DNA from: Prochlorococcus marinus str. NATL2A
GTDB taxonomy: Bacteria; Cyanobacteriota; Cyanobacteriia; PCC-6307; Cyanobiaceae
Assembly: GCF_000012465.1 (NCBI RefSeq)
Contig: NC_007335.2
Span: 1,200,001-1,232,000, forward strand
Length of the DNA stretch: 32,000 nt
Direction: 5' to 3'
Under the pieces are notes generated by a model. It ran no database searches. It worked only from the letters and a program-made list of their open reading frames with translations, and was not told the origin of the DNA. The translations under genes were made by a program, and so were the position numbers. Position 1 is the first letter of the stretch, and every line of letters begins with the position of its first letter. Shown piece by piece: positions 25,075 to 32,000 of the stretch.

Positions 25075-26514
25075 TTAACCAACCACCCAAGTATCCTTAC
25101 ATCCACCTCCTTGAGAAGAGTTAACAATCAAAGAATCGCGTTTTAAGGCTACTCTTGTTAATCCTCCAGGACTTACCCAAGTATTCTTTCCTCTAAGGAC
25201 ATAGGGTCTCAAATCAACATGACAGGGATAAACTTCACCATCACTAAGGGATGGAACTGTAGACAAGTCTAATGTTGGTTGAGCTATATAATTTCTTGGA
25301 TTAGCTTTTATCTTTGCTGAAAATTTATCAATATCTATTTGAGATGAGTGTGGTCCAATTAACATTCCATAACCGCCTGCTTCAGAGACACTTTTAACAA
25401 CTAACTTACCAAGGTTTTCTAGTACAAAACTAAGGTCACTTGATCTTGCACAAACATATGTTTTAACATTATTAATTATTGGTTCCTCTTTTAGATAATA
25501 CCTAATCATTTCAGGTACAAAAGTATAAATTAATTTATCATCTGCTAGCCCTGTTCCAGGTGCATTTGCAATAGCCACTCGACCTTTCTTCAATACATCA
25601 ATAAGACCTGGAACTCCAAGCATTGAATCTTTTCTAAAAAACTTAGGGTCTAAATAATCATCATCTATTCGACGATATATTACATCAACTTTTTTAATCC
25701 CAGAAGTAGTTTTCAAATAAACATTTTGGTTCTGACAAACTAAATCACTTCCTTCTACTAGTTGAATACCCATTTGTTGGGCTAAGTAACTGTGCTCAAA
25801 ATATGCACTATTAAAAACACCAGGAGTCAGCAGAACAACTTTCGGTGTATCCGTCCAGACGGCTAATTCCTGGAGTGATTTCAGTAAATATGACGGATAA
25901 TCTTCAATAGGCCTAACAACTCTGCCGTTAAAAAGGCTTGGGAAAATCCTTTTCATTACTAATCTATTTTCTAAGAAATAAGCAACTCCTGAAGGACAGC
26001 GAAGGTTGTCCTCTAAAACAAGCCATTCGCCATTTCCATCTCTAATAAGATCTAGACCAGATACATGGCACCATTTCCCAAGAGGAAGAACAAAGCCCTT
26101 CATTTGAGGTCTCCAGCCATCAGAGCTTTCAATGAAATCTCTTGGAATAATCCCATCATTAATTATTTGTTGTTTTCCATATACATCAGCTAAAAATAAA
26201 TCTATGGCTTCGAGTCTTTGTATAAGTCCCCTCTCTAAACCTAACCATTCTAAAGAACCTATTACTCTTGGAAGAGGGTCAAAAGGGAGAATCCTTTCAG
26301 AACCTTTGCTACCTGAATCATTGAGACGAAAAGTAGCTCCATGACGAAGAAGAAGCTTTCTCGCGATCTCATGACTAATGTTCAACTGATGTAAGCCCAT
26401 CTCTCCTAAAGAGGTAAGTAAAGGCTCTAGTGATGACCTCGGCAAAAAATCATCAGAAGAAAAATATTCATCGAAACCCTTTTTAGGTTGATAATCTTTA
26501 AACATATCAACCAA
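25075..26514 (-). CDS. Circularly permuted ATP-grasp type 2 protein (DUF404/DUF407)
   Basis: The 479-aa protein has its length and motifs (RPDGW..., VLEDNLRCPSGVAYFLENR, VVKSVSEAGGYGMLIGP, LTRVALKRDSLIVNSSQGGGCKDTWV) typical of this family. It is the first gene of a three-gene operon. The listed start is TTG at 26514, with an alternative ATG three codons in. Confidence 0.8.
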   Translation of the reverse strand: MVDMFKDYQPKKGFDEYFSSDDFLPRSSLEPLLTSLGEMGLHQLNISHEIARKLLLRHGATFRLNDSGSKGSERILPFDPLPRVIGSLEWLGLERGLIQRLEAIDLFLADVYGKQQIINDGIIPRDFIESSDGWRPQMKGFVLPLGKWCHVSGLDLIRDGNGEWLVLEDNLRCPSGVAYFLENRLVMKRIFPSLFNGRVVRPIEDYPSYLLKSLQELAVWTDTPKVVLLTPGVFNSAYFEHSYLAQQMGIQLVEGSDLVCQNQNVYLKTTSGIKKVDVIYRRIDDDYLDPKFFRKDSMLGVPGLIDVLKKGRVAIANAPGTGLADDKLIYTFVPEMIRYYLKEEPIINNVKTYVCARSSDLSFVLENLGKLVVKSVSEAGGYGMLIGPHSSQIDIDKFSAKIKANPRNYIAQPTLDLSTVPSLSDGEVYPCHVDLRPYVLRGKNTWVSPGGLTRVALKRDSLIVNSSQGGGCKDTWVVG

Positions 26515-26783
26515 AAAAATAACTTTATAAAATATGGAGCAAGTTTTAAATTAACTAGGTAGCTAAAAATACAAAAAGCACTCTAAAAGCTTTAAAGAAT
26601 TAAGATGTGTATATTTAAATACGCTTTAAAAGATTTCGTAGCTTTCGAAAGATAAGTAGCCGTCAATTTAAAGAAGTCCTATATTTATAAGATCTAAGAA
26701 TTCAACTTATCTAGAATGCTTCAATAAAATTAGATAGCAAATATGAACCTAAAAACATCCAATCGTAATAGATATTTTGAACT

Positions 26784-29700
26784 TTAGAACAAACCAGTTA
26801 CCTCACTAAATAAAGCCTTATTCTCTAACGACTCAGCAAAACCTAATAACAATTCTCCTCTATTTTCTTGCCCACTGTCTAACTGCTCAACCCAATAATC
26901 ATAACCACCTTGATCTGCATCTCTACCAAGAATATTTTTATATAGATTGTTCACATACGTTCCTGTGTCAACATCAGCTCCATAAGTAGATTTAAACTCT
27001 TCAGAACCTAAGAAAGAATCAGCTACTTGACGGTTACTATTTTCACCAGACGAGTTTTTATCAATCCAATATTCAAGTCCATCAGAATCAGGGAATCTTG
27101 CAAAAGCAGCGTTGTAAACCCTAAACATTTGTCCCGTTGAATCATCTTTCGATTTCACCTGATCAAACGTCTCTTTAATATCGCTAATTCCACTAAAAGA
27201 TTTATCATTAAACTCCAGTTTTGGAACGCCAGTAATATCATCGAATCCATCCTCAGTCTTAACTTCTATTGTTCCATCTTCTCTTTTAAAGAATTTAAAG
27301 TCTTTACTATCACCCGTATATGTTTTAACAACATCTAGTTTAGAAACGTCTACCTTCTGATCGGCGAATTGAATATATTCGACATTCTTTAAAGTGTCAT
27401 TTCCATCATTCAGTCCCTCTCTTTGATCTTGAATCGCAACTGTATCTTTTGTTCGATCAAACTTATAATCAGCAAAATTTCCGGCATAGAACGCAACATC
27501 TTCTCCTTCTCCTCCATCAATAAAGTCTGACCCCAAGCCACCAAAAATCTTGTCAGAAGTCTCGCCTCCTTCCAATCTGTCATCACCGTCATCTTTACTC
27601 TTTACTAGCGACGCCCAATGGCTTGTCGAATCCAATTCAGCTCCATCTCCTTGGGGTTTCTTTAAATCATCAATTTCTTGCCATGGATAAGCGACTTCAC
27701 TAATGGGTTTTTTATCTAAAGCAACTGCCGTTGGATCTAGATTCGCTAATGAAATCACAGCAAGTGCATCTGCTTCTACTGCTTCGGCATGAGCTCTACC
27801 TTCATCAGTCAATGCCCAATCAGCAACACTTAGTCCTGCAGCTAATGCTGCTTCTTCAGGTATCAGACTCACTTCATTTGAAGTAAGAAGGGAATTTGCT
27901 AAGTTTGCTGCCTCTTTAATGGGATCCGTAGTCGCTCCCCAGTAACCCGCTGTTTTATTCGCCTCATTATCTAGTGACGTATCAAAATGCTTGGCATCTG
28001 TCACCCAAGCACCATTAGTAGCCTGATACCCTCCTGCTGATTTGATTTCTTCCGCTGTAATCCCTTCTGGAATTGCAGGCTTTACTTCTCCTTCTGGTGC
28101 TTTCCATCCATCTTTCTCAAAATCTTCTGATTTCACCCATTGGCCAAATGGATCCCAAAAACCTCCATCAGTTTTAATATCCGTCGCTGCAGGTGGTGCC
28201 CAGGCAACAGTTTGAGCATCCGCGCTTCCTTCTCCAAAATGAGCTACGGAAGAAACCCATTTTTTATCGGCATCAAAATATCCACCGTTCTTTTTAATTT
28301 CATCGGTTTCAGGAACAGTTCCCGTGTTATTCAAAAACTCCTTGGATGTGACCCACTTACCATTGGGGTTTCTAAAACCACCATCTTTTTTAATCAATTC
28401 ATCTGGAGGGACAGTCCATCCAGCTGATGATGGATCTTTGAAATAATCGTCTTCTTTAACAAACGTTCCATCAGATTTTGTAAAGCCTCCTGATTTAGCA
28501 ATTGCATCTGCTTCTGGTGGAGTCCAAACAGTCGTTTCTGCTGGTTTATCTCCAGTTGTTCGTTTGCCAAAGAAAGAATCTGCTGTCATCCATTCACCAT
28601 CAGGTCCCCGTAGACCGCCTTCCCAGCGAATGATCTCGTCTTTTGGAAGCACCCAATTTTTAACTGCTGCCGCAGCATCAGGTGCCATTTTTGCTAATTG
28701 ATCCGGAGTAACCGCAGCAAATGATTCTGGATCAAGTTCTTTTAAGGTCTGACCTTTAAATCCAGCCATTGCTTCTGCGTCAAACGCTGCAATGTGCGTT
28801 GGATCAAATCCCTCCATCGCCAAGGGATCAAACGCTGCAATCTGATCTTTTCCAAAGCCTGCTACTGCAGTTGGGGCAAACGCTGCAAAATGATCTTTAT
28901 CAAAACCGGCCATCGCCATTGGATCAAACGCCGCAGCATGCGTGTGATCAAATCCAGCAACTGCCATTGGATCAAACGCCGCAGCATGCGTGTGATCAAA
29001 TCCAGCAACTGCCATTGGGTCAAACGCCGCAGCATGCGTGTGATCAAATCCAGCAACTGCCATTGGATCAAAGGCTGCAAAATGCGTGTGATCAAATCCA
29101 GCAACTGCCATTGGGTCAAACGCAGCAACATGCTCGGGATCAAATCCAGCGACTGCCATTGGGTCAAAGGCTGCAAAATGCGTGTGATCAAATCCAGCAA
29201 CTGCCATTGGGTCAAACGCCGCAGCATGCGTGTGATCAAATCCAGCAACTGCCATTGGATCAAAGGCTGCAAAATGCGTGTGATCAAATCCAGCAACTGC
29301 CATTGGGTCAAACGCCGCAGCATGCGTGTGATCAAATCCAGCAACTGCCATTGGATCAAAGGCTGCAAAATGCGTGTGATCAAATCCAGCAACTGCCATT
29401 GGGTCAAACGCGGCAACATGATCGGGATCAAATCCAGCGACTGCCATTGGGTCAAACGCAGCAACATGCTCGGGATCAAATCCAGCCATTGCCATTGGAT
29501 CAAAGGCTGCAAAATGCGTGTGATCAAACCCTGCAACTGCCATCGGGTCAAAGGCTGCAAAATGCGTATGATCGAACCCTGCAACTGCCATCGGGTCAAA
29601 CGCAGCAACATGCTCGGGATCAAAACCAGCCATGGCCATTGGATCAAAAGCAGCAACATGGTCTTTACCTAGACCTGCCATGTAGCCGTAATCAATCGCC

Positions 29701-32000
29701 GCAAAATGATCCGCATTAAACCCAGCCATCGCTGTTGGATCAAATGCAGCAAATTGATCTTGATCTAAACCTGCTATAGCTTGTGCATCTAAGGCAGCGA
29801 CATGGTCAGCTTTAAATCCAGCCATCGCTTCAGTATCAAAAGCACCCATGTGCTGGTAATCAAAACCAGCCATGGCCATTGGATCAAAAGCAGCAACATG
29901 GTCTTTACCTAGACCTGCCATGTAGCCGTAATCAATCGCCGCAAAATGATCCGCATTAAACCCAGCCATCGCTGTTGGATCAAATGCAGCAAATTGATCT
30001 TGATCTAAACCTGCTATAGCTTGTGCATCTAAGGCAGCGACATGGTCAGCTTTAAATCCAGCCATCGCTTCAGTATCAAAAGCACCCATGTGCTGGTAAT
30101 CAAAACCAGCCATGGCCATTGGATCAAAAGCAGCAACATGGTCTTTACCTAGACCTGCCATGTAGCCGTAATCAATCGCCGCAAAATGATCCGCATTAAA
30201 CCCAGCCATCGCTGTTGGATCAAATGCAGCAAATTGATCTTGATCTAAACCTGCTATAGCTTGTGCATCTAAGGCAGCGACATGGTCAGCTTTAAATCCA
30301 GCCATCGCTTCAGTATCAAAAGCACCCATGTGCTGGTAATCAAAACCAGCCATGGCCATTGGATCAAAAGCAGCAACATGGTCTTTACCTAGACCTGCCA
30401 TGTAGCCGTAATCAATCGCCGCAAAATGATCCGCATTAAACCCAGCCATCGCTGTTGGATCAAATGCAGCAAATTGATCTTGATCTAAACCTGCTATAGC
30501 TTGTGCATCTAAGGCAGCGACATGGTCAGCTTTAAATCCAGCCATCGCTTCAGTATCAAAAGCACCCATGTGCTGGTAATCAAAACCAGCCATGGCCATT
30601 GGATCAAAAGCAGCAACATGGTCTTTACCTAGACCTGCCATGTAGCCGTAATCAATCGCCGCAAAATGATCCGCATTAAACCCAGCCATCGCTGTTGGAT
30701 CAAATGCAGCAAATTGATCTTGATCTAAACCTGCTATAGCTTGTGCATCTAAGGCAGCGACATGGTCAGCTTTAAATCCAGCCATCGCTTCAGTATCAAA
30801 AGCACCCATGTGCTGGTAATCAAAACCAGCCATGGCTGCAGTATCAAAAGCAGCAACATGGTCTTTACCAAAACCGGCGACTGCGGTTGGGTCAAAAGCG
30901 GCAAAGTGATCTCTACCAAAACCGGCGACTGCGGTTGGGTCAAAAGCGGCAAAGTGATCTTTTCCAAAACCGGCGACTGCCGTTGGAGCAAACGAGGCAA
31001 ATTGATCTCTATCAAAATCGCTAACCAAAGAAAACTCAAGATTGGAAATATCTTCTTCACTAAAGGAATCTGGTCTTATTCCACCTATAAGTTCAGCTTT
31101 TGCCCTAGCTTCTGCCCTTCTCCCCATCTCTTCCGCCCTAGCTCTACCTTCTGGGGTATCTGAGTAGTCTTCAGGTGCTAGGCCTGCTGCTGCTGCTGCT
31201 GCCTCAAACTCATCTCTTTCAGCTAAATCTTGAGCACTTGGTCCTTCAGGAGGTTCAAATCCATAAATGCCTTGTCCTTCTCCAGCCAATGTCATTTGGG
31301 CTAAAGCTTCCTCTTCTACTGCTTGAGAATGTGCTCGTCCTTCTGCAGTGTTTGCCCAGTCCGCAACACTAAGCCCTGCTGCAGCTGCTTGCTGATCTGG
31401 GCTCAATAGACCAGAAGGAGAAGGGTCAGGAGGAGAGAAAACATATCCACCTTGACCATCAACAGCCCAATTTGCTGGGGGCATTAAGGATCCATCTTCA
31501 CCTCTTTGCCATCCATCAATTTCACTTTGGCTGGCTTGCTGACCTAGATTATTGCCCGGTGAAGGGAGTATTAGTCCTGCGGCTATGTCCCTTTCTTCTG
31601 CCCTTCTACCCATCTCCTCAGCTCTAGCCCTGCCTTCAGGAGTATCCGAGTAGTCCTCTAAAGCGAGGCCTGCTGCTGCTGCTGCTGCTTCTAACTCTGC
31701 TATATCAGCTAAAGCTTCAGCAGATAGTCCTGGTGGCTCTTCTCTTCGATGATTTCTATCAAAATCATTTTCTGCTTCTCCAGGAACATATTCTCCTGAA
31801 GCTATATCCATAGCCTCCTGCCTATCTGCAAACGCCATACCCTCTTCAGTCATTGCCCAGTCAGCTTCACTAAGACCTGCTGCTGCCGCTGCTGCCTGGC
31901 TCTCGTTTCTGGCAGCTAGATCTCGCTCACTTAGATCTGGTGGTACATATCCTGGGATTTCAGATGGTGGTACATATCCGGGATCTCCATGTGGTGGTAC
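26784..32000 (-). CDS. Giant repetitive Ala/Asp/Gly-rich protein, 5'-partial; RTX-like Ca-binding motif and DUF4214-like C-terminus (probable secreted or cell-surface protein)
   Basis: The frame stays open from 31853 to the window edge. The upstream translation is ...VPPHGDPGYVPPSEIPGYVPPDLSERDLAARNESQAAAAAAGLSEADWA-MTEEG... with no stop and no ATG/GTG/TTG. The listed Met is therefore internal and the start lies beyond 32000. The C-terminal part contains GGLGSDFIDGGEGED. The last roughly 110 aa (VYNAAFARFPDSDGLEYW...NNLYKNILGRDADQGGYDYWVEQL...LLLGFAESLEN) resemble DUF4214. Confidence 0.85.
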   Translation of the reverse strand, partial: VPPHGDPGYVPPSEIPGYVPPDLSERDLAARNESQAAAAAAGLSEADWAMTEEGMAFADRQEAMDIASGEYVPGEAENDFDRNHRREEPPGLSAEALADIAELEAAAAAAGLALEDYSDTPEGRARAEEMGRRAEERDIAAGLILPSPGNNLGQQASQSEIDGWQRGEDGSLMPPANWAVDGQGGYVFSPPDPSPSGLLSPDQQAAAAGLSVADWANTAEGRAHSQAVEEEALAQMTLAGEGQGIYGFEPPEGPSAQDLAERDEFEAAAAAAGLAPEDYSDTPEGRARAEEMGRRAEARAKAELIGGIRPDSFSEEDISNLEFSLVSDFDRDQFASFAPTAVAGFGKDHFAAFDPTAVAGFGRDHFAAFDPTAVAGFGKDHVAAFDTAAMAGFDYQHMGAFDTEAMAGFKADHVAALDAQAIAGLDQDQFAAFDPTAMAGFNADHFAAIDYGYMAGLGKDHVAAFDPMAMAGFDYQHMGAFDTEAMAGFKADHVAALDAQAIAGLDQDQFAAFDPTAMAGFNADHFAAIDYGYMAGLGKDHVAAFDPMAMAGFDYQHMGAFDTEAMAGFKADHVAALDAQAIAGLDQDQFAAFDPTAMAGFNADHFAAIDYGYMAGLGKDHVAAFDPMAMAGFDYQHMGAFDTEAMAGFKADHVAALDAQAIAGLDQDQFAAFDPTAMAGFNADHFAAIDYGYMAGLGKDHVAAFDPMAMAGFDYQHMGAFDTEAMAGFKADHVAALDAQAIAGLDQDQFAAFDPTAMAGFNADHFAAIDYGYMAGLGKDHVAAFDPMAMAGFDPEHVAAFDPMAVAGFDHTHFAAFDPMAVAGFDHTHFAAFDPMAMAGFDPEHVAAFDPMAVAGFDPDHVAAFDPMAVAGFDHTHFAAFDPMAVAGFDHTHAAAFDPMAVAGFDHTHFAAFDPMAVAGFDHTHAAAFDPMAVAGFDHTHFAAFDPMAVAGFDPEHVAAFDPMAVAGFDHTHFAAFDPMAVAGFDHTHAAAFDPMAVAGFDHTHAAAFDPMAVAGFDHTHAAAFDPMAMAGFDKDHFAAFAPTAVAGFGKDQIAAFDPLAMEGFDPTHIAAFDAEAMAGFKGQTLKELDPESFAAVTPDQLAKMAPDAAAAVKNWVLPKDEIIRWEGGLRGPDGEWMTADSFFGKRTTGDKPAETTVWTPPEADAIAKSGGFTKSDGTFVKEDDYFKDPSSAGWTVPPDELIKKDGGFRNPNGKWVTSKEFLNNTGTVPETDEIKKNGGYFDADKKWVSSVAHFGEGSADAQTVAWAPPAATDIKTDGGFWDPFGQWVKSEDFEKDGWKAPEGEVKPAIPEGITAEEIKSAGGYQATNGAWVTDAKHFDTSLDNEANKTAGYWGATTDPIKEAANLANSLLTSNEVSLIPEEAALAAGLSVADWALTDEGRAHAEAVEADALAVISLANLDPTAVALDKKPISEVAYPWQEIDDLKKPQGDGAELDSTSHWASLVKSKDDGDDRLEGGETSDKIFGGLGSDFIDGGEGEDVAFYAGNFADYKFDRTKDTVAIQDQREGLNDGNDTLKNVEYIQFADQKVDVSKLDVVKTYTGDSKDFKFFKREDGTIEVKTEDGFDDITGVPKLEFNDKSFSGISDIKETFDQVKSKDDSTGQMFRVYNAAFARFPDSDGLEYWIDKNSSGENSNRQVADSFLGSEEFKSTYGADVDTGTYVNNLYKNILGRDADQGGYDYWVEQLDSGQENRGELLLGFAESLENKALFSEVTGLF
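28921..29640 (-). repeat. 48-bp near-identical tandem repeat x15 (16-aa units FDPMAVAGFD[HTH/PEH/PDH][F/A/V]AA)
   Basis: Units such as ggatcaaacgccgcagcatgcgtgtgatcaaatccagcaactgccatt repeat head to tail from 28921. The variants differ at a handful of positions and encode HTHFAA, HTHAAA, PEHVAA or PDHVAA. Confidence 0.9.
29619..30836 (-). repeat. 240-bp tandem repeat, 5 copies, identical at every position I compared (80-aa super-units of five 16-aa sub-units)
   Basis: The sequence lines starting at 29641, 29881, 30121, 30361 and 30601, and the three lines after each, are letter-for-letter identical. The protein repeats one 80-aa unit five times. That unit is GFDYQHMGAFDTEAMAGFKADHVAALDAQAIAGLDQDQFAAFDPTAMAGFNADHFAAIDYGYMAGLGKDHVAAFDPMAMA. 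Confidence 0.95.

Noticed and set aside
28769-29719. Long plus-strand ORFs (316 aa, 292 aa) and a second minus-strand frame ORF (265 aa) across the 48-bp repeat region, plus ORFs at 30749..31163
   Set aside because: These are frame-shifted or antisense readings of the tandem repeats. They give low-complexity Q/L/C-rich products that begin and end with the repeat array. The giant minus-strand frame is continuous for more than 5 kb and has recognisable C-terminal domains.
29619-30836. The 240-bp identical repeats considered as a mobile element or MITE cluster
   Set aside because: The copies are head to tail, in frame and continuous with flanking related 48-bp units. There are no terminal inverted repeats, target duplications or transposase.

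Overview
This is an AT-rich marine picocyanobacterial chromosome segment. It is best explained as a low-light-adapted Prochlorococcus, based on five tandem pcb chlorophyll a/b antenna genes, a MIF-type tautomerase and very low GC; I cannot assign a strain without a search.

Gene content, left to right:
- A partial family-5 ABC substrate-binding protein plus one DppB-like permease.
- A DUF1400/alpha-beta hydrolase, an MFS transporter, a PfkB kinase and several small hypothetical or membrane ORFs.
- A lumenal-type pentapeptide-repeat protein, a MIF/tautomerase homolog and a DCC-family thiol-disulfide oxidoreductase.
- A membrane-anchored protein built from a perfect 18-bp tandem repeat, (PEPE[A/V]T)x18.
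- Five co-oriented pcb genes (10.5-17.3 kb), each with its own intrinsic terminator.
- A co-directional light/UV-damage gene cluster (17.8-22.5 kb): DUF2805, an unlisted DUF2256 zinc-ribbon ORF, a COG3046/FeS-BCP-type photolyase homolog that lacks the Fe-S cysteines, Bcp peroxiredoxin, an inverted-topology photolyase-like protein and an SDR.
- An RHH-like protein preceded by a 9-bp-periodic TTTACT repeat array.
- A translationally coupled operon of circularly permuted ATP-grasp, alpha-E and transglutaminase-like proteins.
- The 3' 5.2 kb of a giant, GC-richer, hierarchically repetitive Ala/Asp/Gly-rich protein with an RTX-like motif and a DUF4214-like C-terminus. It runs off the right edge of the window.

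No rRNA, tRNA, CRISPR array or transposase was recognised.

The most unusual items are:
- the giant repeat protein, including five 240-bp units that are 100% identical;
- the experimentally uncharacterised ATP-grasp/alpha-E/transglutaminase triad next to it;
- the photolyase-related cluster with two atypical photolyase-family proteins.
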